Source: Escherichia coli (lineage in GTDB: Bacteria; Pseudomonadota; Gammaproteobacteria; Enterobacterales; Enterobacteriaceae). From it: 64,000 bases of DNA. A program made the position numbers and the translations under genes. A model generated the notes under the pieces. It worked only from the letters and a program-made list of their open reading frames with translations. It was not told the origin of the DNA and ran no database searches. Positions 30,163 to 42,953 of the stretch are shown here, in pieces (the first letter of the stretch is position 1; each line of letters opens with the position of its first letter). The stretch is taken from assembly GCF_003334405.1 (NCBI RefSeq), contig NZ_QOWM01000006.1. One strand, 5' to 3'.

Positions 30163-32141
30163 GTAAACGAATTGCGCTTTTCCCGGCGTTATTGCTGGCG
30201 CTGTTAGTGATTGTCGCTACGGCGCTCACCTGGATGAACTTCTCGCAGGCGCTGCCGCGTAGCCAGTGGGCGCAGGCTGCCTGGTCGCCGGATATTGACG
30301 TCATCGAGCAGATGATTTTTCACTACAGCTTGTTGCCGCGTCTGGCGATTTCGCTGCTGGTGGGCGCGGGTCTGGGGCTGGTGGGCGTGCTGTTTCAGCA
30401 AGTGCTGCGTAACCCGCTGGCGGAGCCGACGACGCTTGGCGTTGCTACAGGCGCGCAACTGGGGATTACCGTCACTACGCTCTGGGCGATCCCTGGTGCG
30501 ATGGCGAGCCAGTTTGCTGCGCTGGCAGGGGCTTGTGTTGTTGGCTTAATTGTCTTTGGCGTCGCGTGGGGGAAACGGCTGTCGCCGGTAACGCTGATTC
30601 TCGCGGGGTTGGTAGTGAGCCTTTATTGCGGCGCAATCAATCAGTTACTGGTTATCTTCCATCATGACCAACTGCAAAGCATGTTTCTGTGGAGCACTGG
30701 AACGCTGACGCAAACCGACTGGGGCGGCGTTGAGCGTTTATGGCCGCAGCTGCTGGGCGGTGTGATGCTGACGTTGCTGCTACTTCGTCCGTTAACCCTG
30801 ATGGGGCTTGATGATGGCGTGGCGCGCAATCTCGGGCTGGCCTTGTCGCTTGCGCGTCTGGCGGCGCTGTCGCTGGCGATTGTCATCAGTGCGCTGCTGG
30901 TGAACGCTGTGGGGATTATCGGCTTTATCGGGTTGTTCGCGCCGCTGCTGGCAAAAATGCTGGGGGCGCGGCGTCTGCTGCCACGACTGATGCTGGCGTC
31001 GTTGATTGGTGCGCTGATCCTCTGGCTTTCCGATCAAATCATCCTCTGGCTGACTCGCGTGTGGATGGAAGTGTCCACCGGTTCGGTCACTGCGTTGATC
31101 GGTGCGCCGCTGCTACTGTGGCTGTTGCCGCGTTTACGCAGCATTAGCGCGCCGGATATGAAGGTCAACGATCGTGTCGCGGCTGAACGCCAACATGTGC
31201 TGGCGTTTGCCCTCGCGGGCGGCGTGCTGCTGTTGATGGCTGTGGTGGTGGCGCTGTCGTTTGGTCGTGATGCGCACGGCTGGACGTGGGCGAGCGGGGC
31301 GTTGCTCGAGGATTTAATGCCCTGGCGCTGGCCGCGAATTATGGCGGCGCTGTTTGCGGGCGTCATGCTGGCGGTGGCGGGCTGTATTATTCAGCGACTG
31401 ACCGGAAACCCGATGGCAAGCCCGGAAGTGCTGGGGATTAGCTCCGGCGCGGCGTTTGGCGTGGTGTTGATGCTGTTTCTGGTGCCGGGTAATGCCTTTG
31501 GCTGGCTGTTACCTGCAGGCAGTCTCGGCGCGGCGGTGACGCTGTTGATCATTATGATCGCCGCCGGCCGCGGTGGATTTTCCCCACACCGTATGTTACT
31601 GGCGGGGATGGCGTTAAGCACCGCGTTCACCATGCTTTTGATGATGTTGCAGGCAAGTGGTGACCCGCGAATGGCGCAAGTGCTGACCTGGATTTCCGGT
31701 TCGACCTACAACGCGACCGATGCGCAGGTCTGGCGCACCGGAATTGTGATGGTGATTTTGCTGGCGATTACCCCGCTGTGCCGCCGCTGGCTGACCATTT
31801 TACCGCTGGGTGGTGATACCGCCCGAGCCGTAGGAATGGCGCTGACGCCGACGCGAATTGCGCTGCTGCTGTTAGCGGCTTGCCTGACGGCGACCGCGAC
31901 GATGACTATTGGACCGTTGAGTTTTGTTGGTTTAATGGCACCGCATATTGCGCGGATGATGGGCTTTCGACGGACGATGCCACACATCGTAATTTCGGCG
32001 CTGGTGGGTGGTTTACTGCTGGTGTTCGCTGACTGGTGTGGGCGGATGGTGCTGTTTCCATTCCAGATCCCGGCGGGGCTGCTGTCAACCTTTATCGGCG
32101 CGCCATATTTTATCTATTTGTTGAGAAAGCAGAGCCGTTAA
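30159..32141 (+). CDS. fhuB: ferric hydroxamate ABC transporter permease (fused double domain)
   Basis: 660-aa hydrophobic ORF; GTG start overlapping fhuD stop (GTGA). Confidence 0.93.
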   Translation: MSKRIALFPALLLALLVIVATALTWMNFSQALPRSQWAQAAWSPDIDVIEQMIFHYSLLPRLAISLLVGAGLGLVGVLFQQVLRNPLAEPTTLGVATGAQLGITVTTLWAIPGAMASQFAALAGACVVGLIVFGVAWGKRLSPVTLILAGLVVSLYCGAINQLLVIFHHDQLQSMFLWSTGTLTQTDWGGVERLWPQLLGGVMLTLLLLRPLTLMGLDDGVARNLGLALSLARLAALSLAIVISALLVNAVGIIGFIGLFAPLLAKMLGARRLLPRLMLASLIGALILWLSDQIILWLTRVWMEVSTGSVTALIGAPLLLWLLPRLRSISAPDMKVNDRVAAERQHVLAFALAGGVLLLMAVVVALSFGRDAHGWTWASGALLEDLMPWRWPRIMAALFAGVMLAVAGCIIQRLTGNPMASPEVLGISSGAAFGVVLMLFLVPGNAFGWLLPAGSLGAAVTLLIIMIAAGRGGFSPHRMLLAGMALSTAFTMLLMMLQASGDPRMAQVLTWISGSTYNATDAQVWRTGIVMVILLAITPLCRRWLTILPLGGDTARAVGMALTPTRIALLLLAACLTATATMTIGPLSFVGLMAPHIARMMGFRRTMPHIVISALVGGLLLVFADWCGRMVLFPFQIPAGLLSTFIGAPYFIYLLRKQSR

Positions 32142-32165
32142 TTTTTCCATATAACGGCCCTGTAC

Positions 32166-32289
<124 letters not shown>

Positions 32290-32298
32290 CATGCTGGA

Positions 32299-33579
32299 TC
32301 ACAACTTCGCAAACACCCGACGTGCAGCATCGATGGTGTTATTGATATCTTCCATGCTGTGCGCCACGGACATAAAGCCCGCTTCAAACGCTGACGGTGC
32401 CAGGTAAACACCTTCGCCCAGCATCATATGGAAGAAACGCTTAAAGCGTTCCACGTCACAGGCCATCACATCCTGATAGCACGTCACGGACTCGGCGTCG
32501 GTAAAGAAAATACCGAACATGCCGCCAACGTGGTTAACGACCAGCGGAATTCCGGCTTCTTCTGCCGCTTCCAGCAGACCTTCTGCCAGACGTGTTGTCA
32601 GCTCATCCAGCGTTTCGTGAACGCCCGGCTGCGCGACTTCATTCAGACAGGCGAAACCCGCTGCCATCGCAATCGGGTTACCGGAAAGCGTACCCGCCTG
32701 ATAGACCGGACCCGTCGGGGCCAGCGCATCCATTACATCACGACGACCACCGAATGCGCCTACCGGCATTCCACCGCCGATGATTTTGCCGAGGCAGGTT
32801 AAATCTGGCACTACGCCGTAATAATCCTGTGCGCCAGCTAGCGCTACGCGGAAACCGGTCATCACTTCATCGATGATCAGCAACGCGCCAAATTCGTCGC
32901 ACAGCGCGCGCAGACCTGGCAGGAACTCTGGCAGCGGCGGAACACAGTTCATATTGCCTGCCACCGGCTCGACGATAATACAGGCAATCTCTTGCGGGTA
33001 TTGCTCAAATGCGGCGCGTACAGAAGCCAGATCATTATAAGTACAGGTTAAGGTATGTTTGGCGAAATCTGCCGGAACGCCCGGCGAGTTTGGCTGGCCT
33101 AACGTGAGTGCGCCAGAACCGGCTTTCACCAGCAGGCAGTCAGCGTGACCATGGTAACACCCTTCAAATTTAATAATTTTGTCGCGACCGGTAAAACCAC
33201 GGGCCAGGCGGATGGCGCTCATGGTCGCTTCAGTGCCGGAGTTCACCATGCGCACCATATCCATGGTCGGGACCAGTTCGGTCACCAGTTGCGCCATTTT
33301 CACTTCCATTTCGGTTGGTGCACCAAAGCTTAAACCACGCTCGGCGGCTTCAATCACGGCATTGCGGATTGCCGGATGGTTATGGCCCAGCACCATCGGC
33401 CCCCAGGAACCGACATAATCGATATAGGCTTTGCCATCAACATCGTACAGATAAGCGCCGTCCGCTTTTTCGATAAACAGTGGAGTGCCGCCCACGCCAG
33501 TAAAGGCGCGAACAGGGGAGTTCACACCGCCAGGGATCAGCTCGCGCGCTGCGCTGTAAAGATTTTCAGACTTACTCAT
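32299..33579 (-). CDS. hemL: glutamate-1-semialdehyde 2,1-aminomutase
   Basis: 426-aa ORF; PLP aminotransferase class III pattern; recognised as HemL. Confidence 0.96.
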   Translation of the reverse strand: MSKSENLYSAARELIPGGVNSPVRAFTGVGGTPLFIEKADGAYLYDVDGKAYIDYVGSWGPMVLGHNHPAIRNAVIEAAERGLSFGAPTEMEVKMAQLVTELVPTMDMVRMVNSGTEATMSAIRLARGFTGRDKIIKFEGCYHGHADCLLVKAGSGALTLGQPNSPGVPADFAKHTLTCTYNDLASVRAAFEQYPQEIACIIVEPVAGNMNCVPPLPEFLPGLRALCDEFGALLIIDEVMTGFRVALAGAQDYYGVVPDLTCLGKIIGGGMPVGAFGGRRDVMDALAPTGPVYQAGTLSGNPIAMAAGFACLNEVAQPGVHETLDELTTRLAEGLLEAAEEAGIPLVVNHVGGMFGIFFTDAESVTCYQDVMACDVERFKRFFHMMLGEGVYLAPSAFEAGFMSVAHSMEDINNTIDAARRVFAKL

Positions 33580-33785
33580 GGAGGGTTCCTGATTCGTAGA
33601 AAAAGTGAATGGCTGCTATTCTATGTTATTCATAACAAGTTAAATACTCGTCAAACATCAGGCTGCTTGTACTGGTGCAATCCTGATTTCTTAGAGTATA
33701 AAAGTTTTGTGCATTTGAAACATTACGCTTTGCAAAGGATTTTCATGGAACGTGCGAGTAAAATGCCGTCATCTTATTTGTATGA

Positions 33786-35225
<1,440 letters not shown>

Positions 35226-35306
35226 ACGAAATACCAGGGTATTAGATAATGGCGATTATTATTGGGTTAGAATTTGCCCAATTGCCGATGTCGTTTGGAG
35301 CAAAAT

Positions 35307-35651
35307 ATGAGTGATGACGTAGCACTGCCGCTGGAGTTTACCGACGCAGCAGCCAACAAAGTTAAAAGCCTGATCGCTGACGAAGATAACCCGAATCTGA
35401 AATTACGCGTGTATATCACCGGTGGCGGTTGCAGCGGCTTCCAGTATGGTTTCACCTTTGATGATCAGGTGAACGAAGGCGATATGACCATCGAAAAACA
35501 GGGCGTTGGCCTGGTGGTTGATCCGATGAGCCTGCAATATCTGGTCGGCGGTTCCGTTGATTATACCGAAGGTCTGGAAGGTTCTCGTTTCATCGTGACC
35601 AACCCGAACGCGAAAAGCACCTGCGGTTGCGGTTCTTCCTTTAGTATCTAA
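35307..35651 (+). CDS. erpA: A-type iron-sulfur cluster insertion protein
   Basis: Track ORF trimmed to ATG at 35307 (114 aa, [11 protein letters not shown]...); Fe-S ligands CSGF and C-terminal CGCGSSF. Confidence 0.93.
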
Positions 35652-35661
35652 TCTGTTGTTC

Positions 35662-35698
35662 ATGTGCCGGATAAACTATCCGGCACATCTTCTCTCTT
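35662..35698 (+). terminator. hairpin 3' of erpA (shared with convergent yadS)
   Basis: ATGTGCCGG (35662-35670) / CCGGCACAT (35680-35688) followed by pyrimidine-rich CTTCTCTCTT. Confidence 0.45.
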
Positions 35699-36321
35699 CA
35701 ACGCCCATTCTCATCCAGCGCAAACGTCGGTAGCTTAAGATGCCAACGAATAGCCGCCAGCCGAATCAATAGCGTCACGACCATGCCCATCATACTGGCT
35801 GTTTCCAGTGGTACGGAAAATGTGTAATAAGCCGTAGCGTGGACAATACCGCCGATAATACAGGCAGTTGCGTAGATTTCTGTACGTAAAATCATGGGGA
35901 TTTCGCGGGCCAGAACATCACGAATGATCCCGCCGCCAACGCCAGTAATGACGCCCATACAAACCGCGATTAACGGACCGGCTTCCGCATTAAAGGCTTT
36001 ATTCACGCCAATGCCGACAAACACCGCCAGACCAACGGCGTCCAGCACCGGCAACATCCATTTTGGTAAGCGTCTTGGCTGGCGCACCAGCACGATGGTC
36101 AGCATGCTGGTGACCATTGCAACGACCAGATCGGTGGGATCTTTCACCCAAAATACCGGGCCGTGATCCAGCGCCATGTCGCGAATTGTCCCGCCGCCTA
36201 CTGCGGTTACCACGCCCAGTACCAGAACACCAAAAGGGTCCATACGCAATTTTCCGGCTAACAAAACGCCGGAGATGGCAAATACCGCTGTGCCGACTAT
36301 ATCCAGCCAATAGACGAGCAT
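35698..36321 (-). CDS. yadS: UPF0126 family inner membrane protein
   Basis: 207-aa hydrophobic ORF with internal duplication; glycine-rich motifs. Confidence 0.9.
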   Translation of the reverse strand: MLVYWLDIVGTAVFAISGVLLAGKLRMDPFGVLVLGVVTAVGGGTIRDMALDHGPVFWVKDPTDLVVAMVTSMLTIVLVRQPRRLPKWMLPVLDAVGLAVFVGIGVNKAFNAEAGPLIAVCMGVITGVGGGIIRDVLAREIPMILRTEIYATACIIGGIVHATAYYTFSVPLETASMMGMVVTLLIRLAAIRWHLKLPTFALDENGR

Positions 36322-36358
36322 TGTTCAATCCCCACTGAGCACCTGAAAAGGTCAGGCG

Positions 36359-37159
36359 CTAATCTACCTGTGAAAGCGCATTACAGAGCTGTTGTGCAGC
36401 GAGGATAATACGTGGGCTTGCACGTTCAAACCAGTCACTCGTGAGAGGAATAACGGGAATTTTGAGCTGTTCACCCCAGTATTGTTTGATTTTAGGAATT
36501 TGGTCCGGTCCGCCTGTAATGACAATCGCCTGTGGCGAGCGTGCTAACACCTGTTCGCGGCTAACTTGCGGCCAGGGAACCCGGCTGTCTTTAAAGATGT
36601 TTTCTCCGCCACAAACTTCGAGTACCTGGTTCTGAATCGACTCTTTTCCACTGGTAAATGGCGGATTAATGCCGAATTGCAGAAAAACACGTTTTTTAGG
36701 TTTATCAGCATATTGCGCTTTCAATTGCGCGTACTGATCCAGCAGGGATTGCGCGGCTTGTTCGGCCTTGTCTGGTTGCGGACTCCAGGGGGCCAGTTGA
36801 CGTAACGCATTGGCAATTTGTTCAATGCTTGTCGCATCGACCCACATCACTTTTATTCCCAGCGAAGCCAGCTGGTCAACCTGCCGCTCGGCATTACCTC
36901 CACGCCAGGCAATCACCAGATCGGGTTTCAGCGCGACAATGCGTTCCAGATTCATCCCCTGCCAGGTGGAAACCTGCTCAATCTTTTGCGCTTGTGGAGG
37001 ATAGTCGGAATAGCTGCTGACCCCAACCGGCGTGATCCCGGCGGCAAAGGCAAGTTCAGTGTTGGCGGGAGAAAGCGTGATGACGCGCGGCGCGGCGTTG
37101 AGCCACAGTGGCGCAAGAAAAGACAGGGCGACCAGCGCCCTGAACAGTGACTTAGCCAT
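36359..37159 (-). CDS. btuF: vitamin B12 periplasmic binding protein
   Basis: Track ORF trimmed to ATG at 37159 (266 aa, [14 protein letters not shown]...); signal peptide; start overlaps mtn 3' end by 8 nt. Confidence 0.92.
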   Translation of the reverse strand: MAKSLFRALVALSFLAPLWLNAAPRVITLSPANTELAFAAGITPVGVSSYSDYPPQAQKIEQVSTWQGMNLERIVALKPDLVIAWRGGNAERQVDQLASLGIKVMWVDATSIEQIANALRQLAPWSPQPDKAEQAAQSLLDQYAQLKAQYADKPKKRVFLQFGINPPFTSGKESIQNQVLEVCGGENIFKDSRVPWPQVSREQVLARSPQAIVITGGPDQIPKIKQYWGEQLKIPVIPLTSDWFERASPRIILAAQQLCNALSQVD

Positions 37160-37850
37160 GTGCAAGTTTCTGCACCAGTGACTCAACCATCAGGCTGGAC
37201 TGTTTAGCGGCAACAGCCAGGAACTCATCGAAGCTAAGATGAGACTGTTGATCGGCCACGTCGGAGATGGCGCGTACGACAACAAACGGGACGTTGAAAT
37301 TGTGGCAGACATGGGCGATTGCCGTCGCTTCCATCTCTACAGCAATGGCCTGTGGGAAGTTGTGGCGGATTTTCGCCAGACCAACAGAACCGTTGATGAA
37401 AGCGTCGCCGCTAACAATCAGGCCACGTACAGCGTTAAGATTCAGTTCGGCAATGCAGGCCTCAGCGGCAGCGATCAGTTTATCGTCAGCTTTAAAGCCT
37501 GCCGGACAGCCTGGTAACTGACCGTATTCATAACCAAATGCCGTGACATCCGCGTCGTGATAACGTGCTTCGTCCGAGACAACGATATCGCCCACTTTCA
37601 ACGTTGGTGCCAGGCCACCGGCAGAACCGGTGTTAATAATCACATCTGGCTTGCAGTGTTCCAACAGCAAAGTGGCACCCAGCGCCGCAGCGACTTTACC
37701 GATGCCCGATTTCAGAAGCGCAACCTCGGTTCCATTCAGTTGGCCGGTATAGATTTCGCAACCGCCGAGACTGATAGTTTGACGGTTTTCGATTTTGTCA
37801 CGCAGCAGCGTAACTTCTTCTTCCATTGCACCAATGATGCCGATTTTCAT
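37152..37850 (-). CDS. mtn: 5'-methylthioadenosine/S-adenosylhomocysteine nucleosidase
   Basis: 232-aa ORF; recognised as Pfs/MtnN ([13 protein letters not shown]...). Confidence 0.95.
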   Translation of the reverse strand: MKIGIIGAMEEEVTLLRDKIENRQTISLGGCEIYTGQLNGTEVALLKSGIGKVAAALGATLLLEHCKPDVIINTGSAGGLAPTLKVGDIVVSDEARYHDADVTAFGYEYGQLPGCPAGFKADDKLIAAAEACIAELNLNAVRGLIVSGDAFINGSVGLAKIRHNFPQAIAVEMEATAIAHVCHNFNVPFVVVRAISDVADQQSHLSFDEFLAVAAKQSSLMVESLVQKLAHG

Positions 37851-37933
37851 AGATTTACTCGCGATAAGCCCGATTTGAAGGCATAGTTTACCATGCGCTT
37901 ACGGGGAAGCGTATTTCTCACGCGGGAGAGGAC

Positions 37934-39451
37934 ATGGCACAGATTGATTTCCGAAAAAAAATAAACTGGCATCGTCGTTACCGTTCACCGCAGGGCGTTA
38001 AAACCGAACATGAGATCCTGCGGATCTTCGAGAGCGATCGCGGGCGTATCATCAACTCTCCGGCAATTCGTCGTCTGCAACAAAAGACCCAAGTTTTTCC
38101 ACTGGAGCGCAATGCCGCCGTGCGCACGCGTCTTACCCACTCGATGGAAGTCCAGCAGGTGGGGCGCTACATCGCCAAAGAAATTTTAAGCCGTCTGAAA
38201 GAGCTTAAATTACTGGAAGCATACGGCCTGGATGAACTGACCGGTCCCTTTGAAAGCATTGTTGAGATGTCATGCCTGATGCACGATATCGGCAATCCGC
38301 CGTTTGGTCATTTTGGCGAAGCGGCGATAAATGACTGGTTTCGCCAACGTTTGCACCCGGAAGATGCCGAAAGCCAGCCTCTGACTGACGATCGCTGCAG
38401 CGTGGCGGCACTACGTTTACGGGACGGGGAAGAACCGCTTAACGAGCTGCGGCGCAAGATTCGTCAGGACTTATGTCATTTTGAGGGGAATGCACAAGGC
38501 ATTCGCCTGGTGCATACATTGATGCGGATGAATCTCACCTGGGCACAGGTTGGCGGTATTTTAAAATATACCCGTCCGGCGTGGTGGCGTGGCGAAACGC
38601 CTGAGACACATCACTATTTAATGAAAAAGCCGGGTTATTATCTTTCTGAAGAAGCCTATATTGCCCGGTTGCGTAAAGAACTTAATTTGGCGCTTTACAG
38701 TCGTTTTCCATTAACGTGGATTATGGAAGCTGCCGACGACATCTCCTATTGTGTGGCAGACCTTGAAGATGCGGTAGAGAAAAGAATATTTACCGTTGAG
38801 CAGCTTTATCATCATTTGCACGAAGCGTGGGGCCAGCATGAGAAAGGTTCGCTCTTTTCGCTGGTGGTTGAAAATGCCTGGGAAAAATCACGCTCAAATA
38901 GTTTAAGCCGCAGTACGGAAGATCAGTTTTTTATGTATTTACGGGTAAACACCCTAAATAAACTGGTACCCTACGCGGCACAACGATTTATTGATAATCT
39001 GCCTGCGATTTTCGCCGGAACGTTTAATCATGCATTATTGGAAGATGCCAGCGAATGCAGCGATCTTCTTAAGCTATATAAAAATGTCGCTGTAAAACAT
39101 GTGTTTAGCCATCCAGATGTCGAGCAGCTTGAATTGCAGGGCTATCGGGTCATTAGCGGATTATTAGAGATTTATCGTCCTTTATTAAGCCTGTCGTTAT
39201 CAGACTTTACTGAACTGGTAGAAAAAGAACGGGTGAAACGTTTCCCTATTGAATCGCGCTTATTCCACAAACTCTCGACGCGCCATCGGCTGGCCTATGT
39301 CGAGGCTGTCAGTAAATTACCGTCAGATTCTCCTGAGTTTCCGCTATGGGAATATTATTACCGTTGCCGCCTGCTGCAGGATTATATCAGCGGTATGACC
39401 GACCTCTATGCGTGGGATGAATACCGACGTCTGATGGCCGTAGAACAATAA
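37934..39451 (+). CDS. dgt: dGTP triphosphohydrolase
   Basis: 505-aa ORF; HD-domain motif [10 protein letters not shown]. Confidence 0.95.
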
Positions 39452-39507
39452 CCAGGCTTTTGTAAAGACGAACAATAAATTTTTACCTTTTGCAGAAACT
39501 TTAGTTC

Positions 39508-39535
39508 GGAACTTCAGGCTATAAAACGAATCTGA
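39508..39535 (+). promoter_or_regulatory. sigma-E (RpoE) promoter of degP
   Basis: -35 GGAACTT (39508-39514), 16-nt spacer, -10 TCTGA (39531-39535); exact match to sigma-E consensus; about 45 nt upstream of degP ATG. Confidence 0.8.
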
Positions 39536-39580
39536 AGAACACAGCAATTTTGCGTTATCTGTTAATCGAGACTGAAATAC

Positions 39581-41005
39581 ATGAAAAAAACCACATTAGC
39601 ACTGAGTGCACTGGCTCTGAGTTTAGGTTTGGCGTTATCTCCGCTCTCTGCAACGGCGGCTGAGACTTCTTCAGCAACGACAGCCCAGCAGATGCCAAGC
39701 CTTGCACCGATGCTCGAAAAGGTGATGCCTTCAGTGGTCAGCATTAACGTAGAAGGTAGCACAACCGTTAATACGCCGCGTATGCCGCGTAATTTCCAGC
39801 AGTTCTTCGGTGATGATTCTCCGTTCTGCCAGGAAGGTTCTCCGTTCCAGAGCTCTCCGTTCTGCCAGGGTGGCCAGGGCGGTAATGGTGGCGGCCAGCA
39901 ACAGAAATTCATGGCGCTGGGTTCCGGCGTCATCATTGATGCCGATAAAGGCTATGTCGTCACCAACAACCACGTTGTTGATAACGCGACGGTCATTAAA
40001 GTTCAACTGAGCGATGGCCGTAAGTTCGACGCGAAGATGGTTGGCAAAGATCCGCGCTCTGATATCGCGCTGATCCAAATCCAGAACCCGAAAAACCTGA
40101 CCGCAATTAAGATGGCGGATTCTGATGCACTGCGCGTGGGTGATTACACCGTAGCGATTGGTAACCCGTTTGGTCTGGGCGAGACGGTAACTTCCGGGAT
40201 TGTCTCTGCGCTGGGGCGTAGCGGCCTGAATGCCGAAAACTACGAAAACTTCATCCAGACCGATGCAGCGATCAACCGTGGTAACTCCGGTGGTGCGCTG
40301 GTTAACCTGAACGGCGAACTGATCGGTATCAACACCGCGATCCTCGCACCGGACGGCGGCAACATCGGTATCGGTTTTGCTATCCCGAGTAACATGGTGA
40401 AAAACCTGACCTCGCAGATGGTGGAATACGGCCAGGTGAAACGCGGTGAGCTGGGTATTATGGGGACTGAGCTGAACTCCGAACTGGCGAAAGCGATGAA
40501 AGTTGACGCCCAGCGCGGTGCTTTCGTAAGCCAGGTTCTGCCTAATTCCTCCGCTGCAAAAGCGGGCATTAAAGCGGGTGATGTGATCACCTCACTGAAC
40601 GGTAAGCCGATCAGCAGCTTTGCCGCACTGCGTGCTCAGGTGGGTACTATGCCGGTAGGCAGCAAACTGACCCTGGGCTTACTGCGCGACGGTAAGCAGG
40701 TTAACGTGAACCTGGAACTGCAGCAGAGCAGCCAGAATCAGGTTGATTCCAGCTCCATCTTCAACGGCATTGAAGGCGCTGAGATGAGCAACAAAGGCAA
40801 AGATCAGGGCGTGGTAGTGAACAACGTGAAAACGGGCACTCCGGCTGCGCAGATCGGCCTGAAGAAAGGTGATGTGATTATTGGCGCGAACCAGCAGGCA
40901 GTGAAAAACATCGCTGAACTGCGTAAAGTTCTCGACAGCAAACCGTCTGTGCTGGCACTCAACATTCAGCGCGGCGACAGCACCATCTACCTGTTAATGC
41001 AGTAA
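39581..41005 (+). CDS. degP: periplasmic serine endoprotease/chaperone DegP (HtrA)
   Basis: 474-aa ORF; signal peptide; catalytic Ser in GNSGGAL; two C-terminal PDZ-like regions. Confidence 0.96.
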   Translation: MKKTTLALSALALSLGLALSPLSATAAETSSATTAQQMPSLAPMLEKVMPSVVSINVEGSTTVNTPRMPRNFQQFFGDDSPFCQEGSPFQSSPFCQGGQGGNGGGQQQKFMALGSGVIIDADKGYVVTNNHVVDNATVIKVQLSDGRKFDAKMVGKDPRSDIALIQIQNPKNLTAIKMADSDALRVGDYTVAIGNPFGLGETVTSGIVSALGRSGLNAENYENFIQTDAAINRGNSGGALVNLNGELIGINTAILAPDGGNIGIGFAIPSNMVKNLTSQMVEYGQVKRGELGIMGTELNSELAKAMKVDAQRGAFVSQVLPNSSAAKAGIKAGDVITSLNGKPISSFAALRAQVGTMPVGSKLTLGLLRDGKQVNVNLELQQSSQNQVDSSSIFNGIEGAEMSNKGKDQGVVVNNVKTGTPAAQIGLKKGDVIIGANQQAVKNIAELRKVLDSKPSVLALNIQRGDSTIYLLMQ

Positions 41006-41015
41006 TCTCCCTCAA

Positions 41016-41047
41016 CCCCTTCCTGAAAACGGGAAGGGGTTCTCCTT
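41016..41047 (+). terminator. intrinsic terminator 3' of degP
   Basis: CCCCTTCC (41016-41023) / GGAAGGGG (41032-41039), 7-nt loop, then TTCTCCTT. Confidence 0.6.
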
Positions 41048-41159
41048 ACAATCTGTGAACTTCACCACAACTCCATACATCTTCATCATCCTTTAGGCAT
41101 TTGCACAATGCCGTACGTTACGTACTTCCTTATGCTAAGCCGTGCATAACGGAGGACTT

Positions 41160-42317
41160 ATGGCTGGCTGGCATCTTGATACCAAAATGGCGCAGGATAT
41201 CGTGGCACGTACCATGCGCATCATCGATACCAATATCAACGTAATGGATGCCCGTGGGCGAATTATCGGCAGCGGCGATCGTGAGCGTATTGGTGAATTG
41301 CACGAAGGTGCATTGCTGGTACTTTCACAGGGACGAGTCGTCGATATCGATGACGCGGTAGCACGTCATCTGCACGGTGTGCGGCAGGGGATTAATCTAC
41401 CGTTACGGCTGGAAGGTGAAATTGTCGGCGTAATTGGCCTGACAGGTGAACCAGAGAATCTGCGTAAATATGGCGAACTGGTCTGCATGACGGCTGAAAT
41501 GATGCTGGAACAGTCGCGGTTGATGCACTTGTTGGCGCAGGATAGCCGTTTGCGGGAAGAACTGGTGATGAACCTGATTCAGGCAGAGGAGAATACTCCC
41601 GCACTTACTGAATGGGCGCAACGGCTGGGGATCGATCTCAATCAACCGCGAGTGGTGGCTATTGTTGAGGTCGACAGCGGTCAGCTTGGCGTGGACAGCG
41701 CAATGGCGGAGTTACAACAACTGCAAAACGCGCTGACTACGCCCGAGCGTAATAATCTGGTGGCGATTGTCTCGCTAACCGAAATGGTGGTGTTGAAACC
41801 GGCGTTGAACTCTTTTGGGCGCTGGGATGCAGAAGATCATCGTAAGCGAGTTGAACAACTGATTACCCGCATGAAAGAGTACGGCCAGCTGCGTTTTCGC
41901 GTTTCACTGGGCAACTATTTTACCGGTCCTGGCAGTATTGCCCGATCCTATCGTACGGCGAAAACGACGATGGTGGTGGGTAAACAGCGGATGCCAGAAA
42001 GTCGCTGCTATTTTTATCAGGATCTGATGTTACCTGTGTTACTCGACAGTTTGCGTGGCGACTGGCAGGCCAACGAACTGGCGCGACCGCTGGCGCGGCT
42101 GAAAACGATGGACAATAACGGCTTGCTGCGACGAACGCTGGCGGCGTGGTTTCGCCACAATGTGCAACCGCTGGCAACGTCAAAGGCGTTGTTTATTCAT
42201 CGTAATACCCTGGAGTATCGGCTTAATCGTATATCGGAACTGACCGGGCTTGATTTGGGCAATTTTGATGACAGGTTGCTGCTGTATGTGGCGTTACAAC
42301 TGGATGAAGAGCGGTAG
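41160..42317 (+). CDS. cdaR: carbohydrate diacid regulator
   Basis: Track ORF trimmed to ATG at 41160 (385 aa, MAGWHLDTKMAQDIV...); C-terminal HTH region. Confidence 0.9.
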   Translation: MAGWHLDTKMAQDIVARTMRIIDTNINVMDARGRIIGSGDRERIGELHEGALLVLSQGRVVDIDDAVARHLHGVRQGINLPLRLEGEIVGVIGLTGEPENLRKYGELVCMTAEMMLEQSRLMHLLAQDSRLREELVMNLIQAEENTPALTEWAQRLGIDLNQPRVVAIVEVDSGQLGVDSAMAELQQLQNALTTPERNNLVAIVSLTEMVVLKPALNSFGRWDAEDHRKRVEQLITRMKEYGQLRFRVSLGNYFTGPGSIARSYRTAKTTMVVGKQRMPESRCYFYQDLMLPVLLDSLRGDWQANELARPLARLKTMDNNGLLRRTLAAWFRHNVQPLATSKALFIHRNTLEYRLNRISELTGLDLGNFDDRLLLYVALQLDEER

Positions 42318-42348
42318 GTTATGCGTTAAGGTTGAGGCGGCGCTGGCT

Positions 42349-42404
42349 CATTCCCCTCAGCCCGAAGGGTAGAGGGGAATGCCCGAATTAACCGTCAGTT
42401 CGGG
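42349..42404. terminator. pair of hairpins between convergent cdaR and yaeH
   Basis: CATTCCCCTC (42349-42358) / GAGGGGAATG (42372-42381); CCCGAA (42382-42387) / TTCGGG (42399-42404). Confidence 0.4.
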
Positions 42405-42405
42405 A

Positions 42406-42792
42406 TTATTTACGCGTTAGTTTTTCCAGATCGGCTTCAATCTCGCTGATCTTATTGGTTACGACTGACTCCAGGTGACGTAAGTCGTCGAGGATCTTAC
42501 GCTTAAGATCAACTTCGCTGCGGTCACGCTGGCAGATTTGATCAAGCTCATCAATGATATACCGTAGATTCGGGCTGATTTCCTGGACTTCTTTATAACC
42601 CTGACCCACACCATCAGCGACGACCGTTTTACGCTGACGCGGATATTTAAACTTAACGCTCTTGGCGAAAAACTCGCCTTTGTCTTTCTGGAAATAGATT
42701 TTCAGAATATCGTTGTTGGCTTCCTGCCGGAGGCTGTAACGATCAATTTCTTCAGGATTGGTAATACCCAGACTTTTCAGATTGTCGTACAT
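42406..42792 (-). CDS. yaeH: UPF0325 family protein
   Basis: 128-aa ORF ([19 protein letters not shown]...). Confidence 0.9.
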   Translation of the reverse strand: MYDNLKSLGITNPEEIDRYSLRQEANNDILKIYFQKDKGEFFAKSVKFKYPRQRKTVVADGVGQGYKEVQEISPNLRYIIDELDQICQRDRSEVDLKRKILDDLRHLESVVTNKISEIEADLEKLTRK

Positions 42793-42953
42793 AGCGTTAC
42801 CTCAAAATGAGTCAGTAAATTGTGCTTATTTTAGCATTTGGCCTGGCCCGCCCGGCTCGACTGTGATCGCAGAAAGCCTTTTTCTTCCAGACTTCTATCA
42901 TGGCGTAAAAATCAAAAAATTACCTGCTTTATTCTGGTGATAAAATTCACGAT

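Noticed and set aside
30204-32088. Series of 60-110-aa minus-strand ORFs inside fhuB
   Set aside because: GC-rich membrane-protein genes have few stop codons in antisense frames; translations are Arg/Pro/Ala-rich without structure; all fully internal to fhuB.
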